Below are positions 36,105 through 47,500 of a stretch of 64,000 bases of DNA, piece by piece. Location: contig JADJXA010000025.1 of assembly GCA_016716065.1 (NCBI GenBank), positions 292,863 to 356,862 of the forward strand. Direction: 5' to 3'. A model generated the notes under the pieces. That model did no database searches and had not been told where the DNA came from. It saw only the letters and a program-made list of their open reading frames with translations. The stretch is from Candidatus Leptovillus gracilis (GTDB lineage: Bacteria > Chloroflexota > Anaerolineae > Promineifilales > Promineifilaceae). The position numbers and the translations under genes are program-made. Numbering within the stretch: position 1 is the first letter of the stretch; every line of letters starts with the position of its first letter.

Positions 36105-39100
36105 TTGATGCTTCATCTTAAAGAGTTGCGCACACGAATGTTTATAAAAGGAATCCCCATTGATGGGATGCCACCTGATATTGCTGTAGAGATTCTTGAT
36201 CTTCAATGGCAAAGCCCTGACGAATTAGTGGTAACGTGTCAGGATCCGAGGAAGCGTCTTTATAAAGTCATCCTCACTTCATCTGACAAGTGCCAACTCC
36301 AATGTACCAATGTTTTTTCCCTCCCATGGAAACTGTTACCTCAAAGCCCTGGTCAAGAAGAAATGAGAGTTTTAACAAAAGCCGAAAAAGGCCGTCTGAA
36401 TCAGTCTCTCTTTAGAGCTGGCTTTGTGCATAAGTGGGACAAGGACGGTGGCTACTCGGATTGGACACACACAAGCACAACCTACCGCATTTTCCATGCG
36501 AACTCCCATCAGTCCTTTATCGTGCTTTTAGAGCCAGAAGCAACAACTTCCGCTCAACAAAAGCCACAAACTGCATTACATCACGACATCGGTGATTTGC
36601 CGAAACTAACACCCCCTGAGCAAAAATCACCACCAACAACAACCGCTGATTTTGCCTCCCATCCAACACCTCATCCCTATCTTGCACCAGGCATGTATGT
36701 CCGCATCCCCTTTGACCTTGTGGAATCACCTGGCGAATACCGCGATTATCGCATTGGGCAGTTGGTAGACATCAATAGTGTCGCAAACTCTGCTCGCATA
36801 AAGTTACAAACCTATTCACCTGGACAGCCGGTTGCACAAGAAATTGCCGAGCGAGATATTGCACACATCCATCGTTGTCATATCTTGCCAGAAACATTGT
36901 TCATTCATGCGGAAACTAAGCAAACAGGGCAAGTTCTCCTACCGTGTCTAACAGAGTGGGAAGAAGGAAAACTATGCGACTATTACGTGGAGATAACTGG
37001 TCAAATAAAACGCCTATCAGAAGAGAAGATTTTGGTGGCTTCGCACCGGCAATCCCCTCACCCCCTCGAACAACTTAAACGATATGAACTTCACCATCCC
37101 AGATGGAAGACTGAACGAGATCAACTTATCGAAAGTTATGCCGAACTGCACGCAGCAACCTATGGACTAGAAGATTTGGTTGGTTCTCGGATCATGCTTT
37201 TACCTCATCAAGCCGAAGTTGTTGCAACTGTTCTAAGCGATGAAACTTGCCGCTATATCTTGGCCGACGAGGTTGGTTTAGGGAAAACCATCGAAACTTG
37301 TGTCATTATTAAAGGACTGTCGCGCCGTCATCCGGGATTGAAGACGCTCATTGTGGCGCCAGCGTCTCTAGTAGAACAGTGGCACTTTGAACTGAACAAT
37401 AAGTTCTGGCTCGATTTTGTCCGGGATGACCAACTGAATTTATTGCATCTACCGAAAGACTGCCCAGGCATTATCGTCAGCACAGAGAAACTTTCTAATG
37501 ATGGGCAACTGACTCTCTGGCTATCAATGCAGGAGTGGGGTCTACTGATTGTTGATGAAGCACACCACCTCCATAAACGGCCGTCTCTCTACGAGCGTAT
37601 CTACCAACTTAGCAGCGATGCCGAACGTGCCCTTATCCTATCAGCTACCCCCATTCAACGTCGGGGGGATGAATATCTGGCATTGCTCAAGCTGATGTAC
37701 CCAGAGCGTTACAGCGCGCTAACGCACACCCAATTTAGTCATATTTTGCAAGCCCAACAAACCCTTCGGCAAACAATTGCGTATCTGGCTCAAGCCTTAA
37801 CACCTGATGACTTTGATTTGGCTGAATTCCTTAAAGAGATGGAATTGATAACTGACAAGCTAAAAGAAGATGAGGTCTTACAACAGCTTGTTACGCAAGC
37901 CGCAGCGCAAACTTGCCTGGATGCTCAACTAAAAAGTGCCAAAGAAGCAATTAGTTACGTGAGCGAAAACTACCGGATCGAGAGTCGCATGATCCGTAAT
38001 CGACGGGTCAATTTGAATATCGAATTGCCTAAAAGAGATGTGGATACCAGCTTCAGTTATTTGCCTGAAGCAACGGAAGTCGAATTGCTAAACCAGTTAC
38101 ATGATTATATTGACTTCATGTTAACAGAACTCAAGGGCGAGACAAAAAAAAGTCTGGGGCTGGAATACTGTCGTGTCTTATTGCACAAAGCCTTTAGCAG
38201 CCCCCACAGTTTAGAAAGTCTTCTGAAAGAACGACAAAAGATCCTCCATTCGCCTCAAAAAACTTTGACCAACGCGGTAAGTAACAGCTTGTTAACATTA
38301 GCCCCACCCCGTCAAGAAGCAAAACGCATACAAACTTTGTTGACGGTCGTTCCCGTTCTGGCAGGAGAAAGTGACTGGGTAAATAATCTACTGTGGCTCT
38401 GCGGAAACTGGCGCGAGCAAACAGACACCATCTTAGAGTCTTATATTACTGGCAGGAGCAGTGCTAATTCAGGCCATCGATTAGTCCGGGTGTTACGGGC
38501 CATACAAAATCAACTACAAAAGCACCCCGCGTCCAAAATTGTAGTTTTTTCTGCCTGGACCGAAACCTTGTTAGCATTGTTACCCCATCTGACCAAACAC
38601 TTGAGAGCAAGACGCGGGCGCGTCGCACAGTTTCACTGCCAGATACCATCTGAAGATCTGCAAGAACAGGCTGACTTGTTCCAATCGCAGGACGATTATC
38701 ACATTCTTTTATGTGATGAGTTGGGGGGAGAGGGACGAAATTTCCAGATAGCTGATGTTATTGTCCATATAGACATCCCTTGGACGCCAGCACAGTTAGA
38801 GCAAAGAATTGGCCGTGTAGATCGTTTGGGCAGAACTGGAAAGGTGGTTTCCATTGTGTCTTATGCCCACGAACAAATCGAACAGGACTTATTCCGTATC
38901 TGGGAGGACGGGTTTAACCTCTTCACACATTCTATGAGCGGGCTTGAAATTGCTCTGGAAAGCGTCTTGGACGATCTACTATCTGCTATGGAACATAACT
39001 CGCGTGACAGCCTTATAAACCTGTTGCCAGCAATGCTAGCCAAAGCAAAAGAATTACGGAAAGCAGTTGAGGAGGAACGGTATTTTGAAGAGAACGCCAT

Positions 39101-40130
39101 CAACCATCGCCAACGGGATGAGTTCCAGAAATTAAGTGAAAAATATCGTGATGGTTCAAAACTCGGCCGCTCATTCACCAGTTGGGCATCAATGGCGGGG
39201 TTGGAAAACTCATATAATCGCCTAAAAGATACCGTGATGTTCTTTCCTAAAAAATTCAACCAAAAAAGCATGGTCAATGCCAAGTTTGTTACCCCGCCCA
39301 ATATGGAAGAGGCACTTCGCCGCTCTGGACGAACGCATAATCTAGTAATCACCGGGACTTTCAATCGAGATGTTGCTGTACAACGAGAAGACCTGGTCTT
39401 TTTTGCCCCAGGCAATGACCCATGGACAGATGGGATTGTCAGGAATGCGCTTGAGGCAGATCGGGGCCGTAGCTGTGCTATTTTGCGCAAAACTGACTTA
39501 CTTGCTACCCCCTGGCAAGGAGTGGAACTTCTATATCAGATACAGGTGAATCCTCGACCACTGTACAAAGCCGGTCACTCACCCATCCATTTGTTTCAAG
39601 CTCAGGGGTATCTTTTCCTCCCTACTTATCGTGTGCTGGTTTCTGTTGACGGAGACGTTATTACTCGTTCGCATCCTGCTTGGGAAGCAATTACTACGTA
39701 TTCATTCAGCTCAAGTTATGGGGACATACATCTGGGTAAACGAAGTGGCCCACGCAGGATCGTTTTATTGAAAGAAGCTTTTCCTCCAGATATTTGGGAA
39801 GATGTGCTGGTAAGAGCTGTGAGTGCGGCAAACACAAAGCTCATGGAGGAATTCGACTTCACACTAGAAGTTGCTGAAGAGGCCGCAGAAGATTTTGAAC
39901 GCAAACTGCTAGGCTTACGCGCCTCTCGCTATTGGTTTAATCAAATCTATGGCCCGGAAACGATACCTGGCGCCATAGATTTAGAGGCGCACCAGCAAAT
40001 TGCTAACGGATTAATTGAAGGAATTCGCCATCCACTAATTCAGCTAGAATCCGCTTGCTTTTGGTGGCTATGTCCTACACAAGATTATGAATCATTACTT
40101 CAACGCACTACAAGAATTGCTGCTAGCTGA
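36105..40130 (+). CDS. dpdE: SNF2-family helicase (DpdE-like)
   Basis: LLPHQAEVV...LADEVGLGKTIE (motif I), LLIVDEAHHL (motif II), LILSATPIQ (motif III), CDELGGEGRNFQ and QLEQRIGRVDRLGR (motifs V/VI). The N-terminal 350 aa are unassigned. The symbol is by position and size analogy to the Salmonella Montevideo dpd cluster. Confidence 0.7.
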   Translation: MMLHLKELRTRMFIKGIPIDGMPPDIAVEILDLQWQSPDELVVTCQDPRKRLYKVILTSSDKCQLQCTNVFSLPWKLLPQSPGQEEMRVLTKAEKGRLNQSLFRAGFVHKWDKDGGYSDWTHTSTTYRIFHANSHQSFIVLLEPEATTSAQQKPQTALHHDIGDLPKLTPPEQKSPPTTTADFASHPTPHPYLAPGMYVRIPFDLVESPGEYRDYRIGQLVDINSVANSARIKLQTYSPGQPVAQEIAERDIAHIHRCHILPETLFIHAETKQTGQVLLPCLTEWEEGKLCDYYVEITGQIKRLSEEKILVASHRQSPHPLEQLKRYELHHPRWKTERDQLIESYAELHAATYGLEDLVGSRIMLLPHQAEVVATVLSDETCRYILADEVGLGKTIETCVIIKGLSRRHPGLKTLIVAPASLVEQWHFELNNKFWLDFVRDDQLNLLHLPKDCPGIIVSTEKLSNDGQLTLWLSMQEWGLLIVDEAHHLHKRPSLYERIYQLSSDAERALILSATPIQRRGDEYLALLKLMYPERYSALTHTQFSHILQAQQTLRQTIAYLAQALTPDDFDLAEFLKEMELITDKLKEDEVLQQLVTQAAAQTCLDAQLKSAKEAISYVSENYRIESRMIRNRRVNLNIELPKRDVDTSFSYLPEATEVELLNQLHDYIDFMLTELKGETKKSLGLEYCRVLLHKAFSSPHSLESLLKERQKILHSPQKTLTNAVSNSLLTLAPPRQEAKRIQTLLTVVPVLAGESDWVNNLLWLCGNWREQTDTILESYITGRSSANSGHRLVRVLRAIQNQLQKHPASKIVVFSAWTETLLALLPHLTKHLRARRGRVAQFHCQIPSEDLQEQADLFQSQDDYHILLCDELGGEGRNFQIADVIVHIDIPWTPAQLEQRIGRVDRLGRTGKVVSIVSYAHEQIEQDLFRIWEDGFNLFTHSMSGLEIALESVLDDLLSAMEHNSRDSLINLLPAMLAKAKELRKAVEEERYFEENAINHRQRDEFQKLSEKYRDGSKLGRSFTSWASMAGLENSYNRLKDTVMFFPKKFNQKSMVNAKFVTPPNMEEALRRSGRTHNLVITGTFNRDVAVQREDLVFFAPGNDPWTDGIVRNALEADRGRSCAILRKTDLLATPWQGVELLYQIQVNPRPLYKAGHSPIHLFQAQGYLFLPTYRVLVSVDGDVITRSHPAWEAITTYSFSSSYGDIHLGKRSGPRRIVLLKEAFPPDIWEDVLVRAVSAANTKLMEEFDFTLEVAEEAAEDFERKLLGLRASRYWFNQIYGPETIPGAIDLEAHQQIANGLIEGIRHPLIQLESACFWWLCPTQDYESLLQRTTRIAAS

Positions 40131-42708
40131 AAGCCCACAATTTGCAAACTTTCAGCACAATCTTAGAAATAAGCAGCAGAAGTTAATTGGAATTGAACTG
40201 GCACAGAGCCATGTGTTATTGCGTGCATCCTCGGTTTACCAGGCGTTCATTGAAAATCAAGCGGGTACAGGAGATTTAGGCGTTCTCCTGCGCCAGGTAA
40301 TGCGCGTTTTTCATGAAGAGATGATCCTTAATAAACCAACATGGAAATCATTAGAAAAACACCAGCATCAAATGGGCTTGCGTCTTGTAGACGAAGATAA
40401 CGGACGAGTTCGATTACGGGCTTTGCCTTGGGAATCTGCCTGGCTAAACGACACGAATAATATTGACCAGCTTGAAAACCGCAGACCTGATATATCAGTA
40501 CCCGGTGATGGTCTGCTTTATGCTTTGTCGAATGGCAAGTTTTGTACATATCAATCAGAAGCCCAGAAAACGGCCGTTGTCACTTCTCTTTTCGCCCCTC
40601 CTGGTTCGACAACCCTAATCACCCTGCCCACTGGCGGCGGCAAGAGCATGTGCATCTTACTGCCTGCCTGGTTTGAATCTAGCGGCGGCCGACGCGCCGG
40701 GGGGACTACGCTGGTCATCGTCCCGACTGTGGCCCTGGCTTATGACCAACAAGACAATGTGCGCCCTTACTTTAACCCGGCGAATGATGCCTATAAACCG
40801 TACAGCCTTACCAGTGATACCACAAAAGAAACCCGCGCAATTATTTACAAAGGGATCAGCGAAGGTACGATCCCCATTTTATACACTTCGCCAGAAGCGC
40901 TTTTGTTAAACCCGGTTCTATATCACACCTGTTTGCAGGCGGCCGCTAACGGCCATTTACGAAGGTTTGTCATAGATGAAGCGCACTTGGTTGATTCTTG
41001 GGGGGCCAGTTTCCGCACCGAGTTCCAACTATTAGGGGCCTATAAGCGCAAACTATTAGAAGCCTCTCAGGGACAATTACGCACATTTTTACTCTCGGCC
41101 ACCGTTTCGTACCAGAGCGAAAAAACGTTGGCGGAATTTTTCGCGCCAGACTCCAGTTTATCTTCGGTGTTAGCCAATCAGTTACGGCCTGAGCCTGGCT
41201 ACTGGTTTCATCACACCCGACACTTTCCGCTACAACGGGATCGCGTAATAGAAGCGCTTTACCATCTACCTAGACCAGCCATTCTCTATGTCACTAAACC
41301 CAGCCACGCTCAACATTGGGTGCGCATGTTGCGCGAGCAGGGCTTCAAGCGAGTTGTGGATTTTACGGGACAAACAGCGGGCGAAGAACGTCAGCACATT
41401 CTAGCCCGTTGGAATCGTGACGAAATTGACATACTTGTGGGCACATCCGCCTTTGGTTTGGGCGTAGATAAAGGGGATGTGCGCACCATCATTCATGCGA
41501 CGTTACCGGAGAATATTGATCGATATTACCAAGAAGTGGGGCGGGGGGGACGAGATGGATGTAGCAGTATCAGCCTTCTGATTAGTAAAGATGATGATTT
41601 TGATTTGGCTTTCAGTATGACCACCAAATCGCGTATCACCATTGAGAAAGCCTGGTTACGCTGGCAGGGCATGTGGCAAAGCTCTTTGCCATTTGGGCAA
41701 ACTACCGATATGCGCCTGATTAACCTCAATGCCAGACCTACTTACAATCAGGAGATGCGCGAAAGCGAGGCCAATCGTTATTGGAATGAGCATATCTTAC
41801 TATTCATGCAAAGAGCCGGTGTCCTTTCCATTGAAGATACACGCCCCAATGAAACAGCGCCAGAGCCCGATGACCAGAAACAGGAATCTTATCAGGACAA
41901 TTTTTGGGTGCTGGTACGCATCAGAAATGACCAGATTGTAAACGACGAAGTTGCGTTTGAACGCCTCATGGATGAGCAACGCGACTTAGAAAAAGAGTCC
42001 ATTACCCAAAACTTGAATGCGCTGAGACAAGTGGTTGAGACACAAGCCCCAATGCAGGCTTACCATTGTTTGGGGCATGATTTTGCTGGTTTGTATCCGT
42101 ACACGGCCGTTGCCTGTGGCGGTTGTTCATACTGCCGACAAAACAAACAGGAACCATACGCACAGACCTTACGCGCCGAGGTTGAACCAGGTGATTGGCC
42201 TGCTTCCCCGGTTCGACTCGACGCCAATTTACAGCGGCAACTAGGCGAGCGGCAAAGTCTGATTGTCGCTTGGGATACGGAAAATTTGGCCGCTTTTGCC
42301 CCTGATTTGATAGCCTCGCTGGTTGAAGCGGGCATGGAGCAAATCGTTTTACCCGACAATCTCTTGGATGACCCAATTTGGGCGCAGAATCTGGTCAAAA
42401 AGTTGGCGCGTCATAAAGATAAACGGCAGCGGCTGGTAGGCGCTCGGTCAGTCGAACGGCACGGACTTTTCCCGCTGGCAACAGCCGTTTTTTACCCCCG
42501 ACAAGACAAACTTATTGACGCGCTTTATCGTGCGCTCCAAACAGAATTCCAATCATATTTGGGAATTACGCCCCTCATTCATGTGGTGCATCAATCGGCA
42601 TGGCTGGCGCGGGAAAACGGCCGTTTTCTGGAGCGGGTAAACGGCCTGCAATTAACACCGGATGCCCTCAAAAAGATGCTGGTCAAATCCCAAACATCAC
42701 TCTATTAA
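40087..42708 (+). CDS. dpdF: RecQ-like DEAD/DEAH helicase (DpdF-like)
   Basis: TLPTGGGKSMC (motif I), FVIDEAHLV (motif II), LLSATV, VGTSAFGLGVDKGDVRTIIH and YYQEVGRGGRDG. Overlaps the previous gene by 44 nt. Confidence 0.7.
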   Translation: MNHYFNALQELLLAESPQFANFQHNLRNKQQKLIGIELAQSHVLLRASSVYQAFIENQAGTGDLGVLLRQVMRVFHEEMILNKPTWKSLEKHQHQMGLRLVDEDNGRVRLRALPWESAWLNDTNNIDQLENRRPDISVPGDGLLYALSNGKFCTYQSEAQKTAVVTSLFAPPGSTTLITLPTGGGKSMCILLPAWFESSGGRRAGGTTLVIVPTVALAYDQQDNVRPYFNPANDAYKPYSLTSDTTKETRAIIYKGISEGTIPILYTSPEALLLNPVLYHTCLQAAANGHLRRFVIDEAHLVDSWGASFRTEFQLLGAYKRKLLEASQGQLRTFLLSATVSYQSEKTLAEFFAPDSSLSSVLANQLRPEPGYWFHHTRHFPLQRDRVIEALYHLPRPAILYVTKPSHAQHWVRMLREQGFKRVVDFTGQTAGEERQHILARWNRDEIDILVGTSAFGLGVDKGDVRTIIHATLPENIDRYYQEVGRGGRDGCSSISLLISKDDDFDLAFSMTTKSRITIEKAWLRWQGMWQSSLPFGQTTDMRLINLNARPTYNQEMRESEANRYWNEHILLFMQRAGVLSIEDTRPNETAPEPDDQKQESYQDNFWVLVRIRNDQIVNDEVAFERLMDEQRDLEKESITQNLNALRQVVETQAPMQAYHCLGHDFAGLYPYTAVACGGCSYCRQNKQEPYAQTLRAEVEPGDWPASPVRLDANLQRQLGERQSLIVAWDTENLAAFAPDLIASLVEAGMEQIVLPDNLLDDPIWAQNLVKKLARHKDKRQRLVGARSVERHGLFPLATAVFYPRQDKLIDALYRALQTEFQSYLGITPLIHVVHQSAWLARENGRFLERVNGLQLTPDALKKMLVKSQTSLY

Positions 42709-42715
42709 AAAGCCT

Positions 42716-43597
42716 ATGGAAATCATTAACAACAACCAAGTTACTCCCCATCGCTTACACGCTCTGGCGCGTCTAGTATCTCGATTGCGAACGCCAAGTC
42801 GAGATGACTTTTTGGAGATGTTGCAGCCTCCTGATTTGGTGAACAGTCAAGAAGCAAGTAAAGCTGTTTATAACGCCGCCACAAATTTCCGGGTCATTGT
42901 GGAAGATGAAAACGGCCGTGTCTCCCTCCACCCCGACATTGGCAAACGCAAAAACATTGAATCAACAGATGGTTTTCGCACCTTCATGCAAAAGCGACTC
43001 ACAGGCATTGCCGATGAGAATGCCGACAACTACCTAATCAATTTCGTAACAGCCTGGTACGCGGTGCAAAACGAACGCATCTTTCAGTACCGGAAAAAGG
43101 ATGAGATTTCGCAAAACTTTAACAGAGACATGGACCCTCGCGGTGAAGAAGAGCTACTAGAGGAAGGGCGTCTATTCAACTCCACAAAATTAATCGGCTG
43201 GCTCACGTGGGCATCATTCTTGGGCTGGGGTTGGACCATGACAATCGGTGGCAAAGAGTTGCTGATGCCCGACGCCCATAAGCGGCTCATCCCTGTCCTG
43301 CCATTATTACTGCCAGATTCCAAAGAAACGCCTTTCAGCCAATTCGCCGAACGATTAGCTGATAGTTGCCCAGAACTGGACGGCGGTAGTTTGTTTGAAA
43401 AATGTTGGCAATCCAGTCGCGGCGCCGAACTGAGAGGTAATCAATTAAGCCTTATGCTGTCCACCGGTCTGAGATCGCTCCATGATAACGGCAAAATCCG
43501 GTTAATTCATTACGCCGACAGCGCAGACGAATGGCAACTTTACCCGGCGCAAGCTCACCCACTTCAGCGCGTGACGCACATCCAACGGAGGGCTTAA
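42716..43597 (+). CDS. dpdG: Hypothetical protein in the DpdG position
   Basis: No motif recognised. Start MEIINNNQ lies 8 nt after the dpdF stop. The symbol rests only on gene order and size. Confidence 0.45.
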   Translation: MEIINNNQVTPHRLHALARLVSRLRTPSRDDFLEMLQPPDLVNSQEASKAVYNAATNFRVIVEDENGRVSLHPDIGKRKNIESTDGFRTFMQKRLTGIADENADNYLINFVTAWYAVQNERIFQYRKKDEISQNFNRDMDPRGEEELLEEGRLFNSTKLIGWLTWASFLGWGWTMTIGGKELLMPDAHKRLIPVLPLLLPDSKETPFSQFAERLADSCPELDGGSLFEKCWQSSRGAELRGNQLSLMLSTGLRSLHDNGKIRLIHYADSADEWQLYPAQAHPLQRVTHIQRRA

Positions 43598-43601
43598 GGC
43601 A

Positions 43602-46600
43602 ATGAGTACATCTCCATTTACTCGCTACGTTTGCTGGGACAAACAGCCTCTCAACAAAGTCATCAACACAGAAGCTGTTTCTATAGACAGAGCTATTTTC
43701 TTAGCCACCCATACCCCCTTTAACAACATCACTTATCTCAAATCGCCAAGGCAGATCAAAGATACCAGTGAAACGCAACTACTGGAAGAACTTCTCCACA
43801 GAAGCGATAATGACGAACACACCTTTGTCGTCATGCAAGGTATACAGGGTACAGGCAAATCCCACCTTATTCGTTGGCTAAAAGAACGCTATGCTGCCGA
43901 AAGTCAGGAAAGGCATCTTAACGATGTGGTTTTACTCATCGAGCGGGCCAACAGCAGCTTACGACAAACCCTGTCACAAATTGTTCGGTCGCGTCTTTTT
44001 GATGCTGAACGCTTTGCTAACCAGATCAAAAAATTGGAAAGCGCTACTCAACAGCTATCCGACGAGTCCCTGTCCGATACTATCCTCCATTATTTGGAGG
44101 TTGCCACAAGGGAAGTAGACGTTCCCGCGCCGCGCCGCATCGCAGGTAAAGTGGGCGAATTCTTACGAAATGGCTTCATTCGTCAGCACTTGAAGCAGAA
44201 AGGGGCTGCAATTGAACGTGTTAGACTATTTCTTTCTGGAAAAGGAGACACCATTGGCTTGTCCGAGCATGAATTCCCCAAGTTCAATGCTACAGACTTC
44301 GACTTCCCTCCTGATGTTAAACGCAAAATTCTTATTGAAGGCGGACACCGCGATGCAAGAGATTTGGCAGAAACGCTTTCTCTCAAACCTGGCAAACAAC
44401 AAGAGTTGGCTGATTATCTAAACCAGCTACTACCTTTTGCGATTGAGCGCACAACAGCCTTATCGGCCAATGATCTCAAACAGATGTTTTATGACCTGCG
44501 CCGCGAATTAAAACAGCAGGGCAAAAACTTAGTCTTATTTATCGAAGATATTTCCGTTTTCACTGGACTTGACGCTGGATTGGTAGATGTATTAGTCACC
44601 CAGCACACAGGGGAAGGAGGGCGCGATTATTGCCGACTAACATCTGTGGTGGGCATTACCGATGCCTATTTCAAAGATAGTTTCCCCGGTAATATCAAAG
44701 ATCGCGTCACCCACCACCTGACACTTAACATCGGTGATGGAGAAAAAGAATCTCTTTTGCTTAAGAGTCAGGAAGCAGTAGCAGATATTGCATCTCGTTA
44801 TCTGAATGCGCTACGTTTGTACCCGCACCAAATTGAAGAATGGGTCAAGTTAGGAGCAAGACCGTCAGAATTGCCGAATGCTTGCCAATCCTGTGCGCAT
44901 CGTCCTATCTGTCATGCCGCCTTCGGAGCCAGGCCATTAAGTTCCGTCCATGATGAAGGTTCGGAAGCGGGCCTTTATCCATTTAACAAGCAATCACTTT
45001 GGACATTGTATCAACGGCTAGACACAACTAAAGTAGCCAAAACACCGCGCACCTTCCTGGGCAGTATTCTGGAATATATTCTGCAAAGCCATGGCGCAAA
45101 AGTAAAAGAGGGCCAATTCCCTCCCCCGGCTCGTGAATTGTCCAATGCAGTTAGGCCACCAACATTAACACAAGATGCCCAACGCCGTATGATTACCAGG
45201 CAAACTCCGTCAACGGCCGTTGCTGACCGCATTGAGTCACTTATCTTGTTTTGGGGAGATCGGACAATTAACCGCAGCGCGGAAAGTGGAGAAACGGCCG
45301 TAGGAAACCTAAGCGAACCCGTATTCCGCGCTTTTGACTTGCCTTTCATTGAGGGTGATGTTATCGCCAATCCACCCCATAGATTCCCCACGCCCATACA
45401 ACCTAAAACTGTTAGCACACCCACCGTTCAAATCGGAGCGATCCATCCCGCCACAGTAACGTCAGTTGAACCGAAACCCATTGCTATAGAACAATCTCCG
45501 GTTGACCCCATCATCCAAGATATTCAAGAATGGCGTCGGGGGAGTGAGCTGGTTCGCTACAGCGACTTATCTAAGTGGTTGGCGAACTTCGTCAAAGAGT
45601 TCATTGATTGGGAGGCGCATAACGTCTCGCCAACCTTGGTTGACACTAAAGTAACTGGTGGGCGCTTTGTCATTGAAGGGCAGAAAGGACGCGCCCAAGG
45701 CGACTATCTGGTTTTTAAGCGAAGCGATGATCTCGCCTTTGTGCTACAAGCCTTAACCGATCTAAATCAACGGGCTAACGTTTTAAGTGCGACTGAAATT
45801 GGGGGACATCTTATCACGCTGAGTAATTGGATGGAGAAGGAAGAGGCGCGGATTGTAGAGTTTGTGCAACGGCCGTTGGCTAATTTAGAATCGCCTCGCT
45901 CGCTATTGGAACTATTAGTCCACACCAACCTGTTCATCTCCTGCCTGGGTGAAGAGTTCGCCACCAGCAAGGACAGCCCGCGCGATCTTTATCTGCGCCT
46001 GATGAAAAGTTCCGCCAGGCGAAATTCCTGGCAAACAGTGATGAACAAATCACCCTATCCCCGCTCAAAAGAGTGGCGCGATCTTATGCGTGGTTTACAG
46101 ACCGTTGAAGCTGATTGTCGCGGGCAGTTGGAGATATTGGTCAATCGGCCTCAAGGCGGCAGTCGCTACATCACATTCATAGACGCCGCCAGCGTTCTAG
46201 ACATTATCTCGGACATTAAAAAAGAGGGTTGGGATATTCCTCAGCTAGACCTACAAGAAGTTGCCAAAGTTAATAACAAAGTCTGGCAACCAGTTGCTAC
46301 TGCCTATAACAAGTTACAGTCAAGTTTCGCCCCAACCGCTCTGGCCGAGACGCAACATATCCAGACCGTTTCCGGCAAATTGCTAGATTTCCTCGCCGGG
46401 GCAACTCCGGCTGACGTATTCCAGGCTATCGAAAATCTATTCCAAAGTTTCCGTGATAACGCGATTTCTATTTCGTTATCACGCTTTTCCGTGAATGAGG
46501 CGCTTACACCGGGCAAGCTGACCAATCGGTTAAAAAGCCTACAGGCGATTCTTGATAGCGAAAACATCGAAGCTCTCATTCTCTCCCTCTCTGGTGCGGG

Positions 46601-46814
46601 CGAGTTATTACAAGAAAGCGCCGCCTACGTTGATTACTTTGAGCGATTCGTAAAAGTTGCCCGTGAAGAGGAGACAAAATTAGGAGGCCATGTTGCTAGT
46701 TTGGAGAGGGAAAGTCAGGGAGACGACCTGTATCAGCAAATGCTGGATCAATACGATAAGCTAAATCAATTGCTTACCTCTACAACTCAAACTGAGGGGG
46801 AAACGAGGCCATGA
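43602..46814 (+). CDS. dpdH: Large P-loop NTPase in the DpdH position
   Basis: Walker A MQGIQGTGKSHLIRWL, Walker B-like NLVLFIEDISVF and a Cys cluster CQSCAHRPICH. GGAGGG RBS. The symbol rests on order and size only. Confidence 0.5.
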   Translation: MSTSPFTRYVCWDKQPLNKVINTEAVSIDRAIFLATHTPFNNITYLKSPRQIKDTSETQLLEELLHRSDNDEHTFVVMQGIQGTGKSHLIRWLKERYAAESQERHLNDVVLLIERANSSLRQTLSQIVRSRLFDAERFANQIKKLESATQQLSDESLSDTILHYLEVATREVDVPAPRRIAGKVGEFLRNGFIRQHLKQKGAAIERVRLFLSGKGDTIGLSEHEFPKFNATDFDFPPDVKRKILIEGGHRDARDLAETLSLKPGKQQELADYLNQLLPFAIERTTALSANDLKQMFYDLRRELKQQGKNLVLFIEDISVFTGLDAGLVDVLVTQHTGEGGRDYCRLTSVVGITDAYFKDSFPGNIKDRVTHHLTLNIGDGEKESLLLKSQEAVADIASRYLNALRLYPHQIEEWVKLGARPSELPNACQSCAHRPICHAAFGARPLSSVHDEGSEAGLYPFNKQSLWTLYQRLDTTKVAKTPRTFLGSILEYILQSHGAKVKEGQFPPPARELSNAVRPPTLTQDAQRRMITRQTPSTAVADRIESLILFWGDRTINRSAESGETAVGNLSEPVFRAFDLPFIEGDVIANPPHRFPTPIQPKTVSTPTVQIGAIHPATVTSVEPKPIAIEQSPVDPIIQDIQEWRRGSELVRYSDLSKWLANFVKEFIDWEAHNVSPTLVDTKVTGGRFVIEGQKGRAQGDYLVFKRSDDLAFVLQALTDLNQRANVLSATEIGGHLITLSNWMEKEEARIVEFVQRPLANLESPRSLLELLVHTNLFISCLGEEFATSKDSPRDLYLRLMKSSARRNSWQTVMNKSPYPRSKEWRDLMRGLQTVEADCRGQLEILVNRPQGGSRYITFIDAASVLDIISDIKKEGWDIPQLDLQEVAKVNNKVWQPVATAYNKLQSSFAPTALAETQHIQTVSGKLLDFLAGATPADVFQAIENLFQSFRDNAISISLSRFSVNEALTPGKLTNRLKSLQAILDSENIEALILSLSGAGELLQESAAYVDYFERFVKVAREEETKLGGHVASLERESQGDDLYQQMLDQYDKLNQLLTSTTQTEGETRP

Positions 46815-47500
46815 TAATTACCCTTACCGATAATATTCAAACCCAAATCAATCGCCGGAAAGAACTAGAACAACGCCGCGATAACAGGAAGGATATTGAC
46901 GCCTCGTATCAAAGGCTCACAGAAATTAGTAAACTACTGCAAGAAACCTTAGCCAGCTTTCACCTCATCCAATCTCGGCTTACGAATGACCAGATAACTG
47001 AATCTATAAGGCAATTGCAGAACATCCAAAATAAGCTCAAAGAGTCCTACGAAAAGTTTGCTATTGAATATCGCCAAGTTCAAAAACTTATCGCAGTAGA
47101 AAAACTGGTGCAAGAGCTACAGGGTTTTCTTACCCGCGCTTGGGCGAGCTATGTCATGGCGCAAACACAGCCTCATTTCAATCTGCTGAATTTAGTTGAG
47201 AAACTACCAGAGGTGACTGTACAAGGCAGCCTAATTGCTCCTATACGGCAAAGACTTGAATCAGCATCGAGCCAATTACCGCGGAGAGAATTCCACCTTG
47301 CCCAATTCGATGCAGATCTGCAAGCGTTACAAAACAGTCTCGCAGACTTAAGCGGCTTGAGCGCAGAAGTCACCGAATTTTTGCGCCGAATACAAAAAGG
47401 TACCGCTACCATTACCGACCTTACAGATGAAGTGTTAGCCTGGTGCCGAGAAAATGAGCGCGCCAGGGCGTTTAAGATAAGTTTTGGGCAAGCCAAGTAA
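46811..47500 (+). CDS. dpdI: Coiled-coil protein in the DpdI position
   Basis: Heptad-rich, Gln/Leu/Glu-rich sequence. An ATGA overlap with the upstream gene and a TAATG overlap with the downstream gene. Confidence 0.45.
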   Translation: MIITLTDNIQTQINRRKELEQRRDNRKDIDASYQRLTEISKLLQETLASFHLIQSRLTNDQITESIRQLQNIQNKLKESYEKFAIEYRQVQKLIAVEKLVQELQGFLTRAWASYVMAQTQPHFNLLNLVEKLPEVTVQGSLIAPIRQRLESASSQLPRREFHLAQFDADLQALQNSLADLSGLSAEVTEFLRRIQKGTATITDLTDEVLAWCRENERARAFKISFGQAK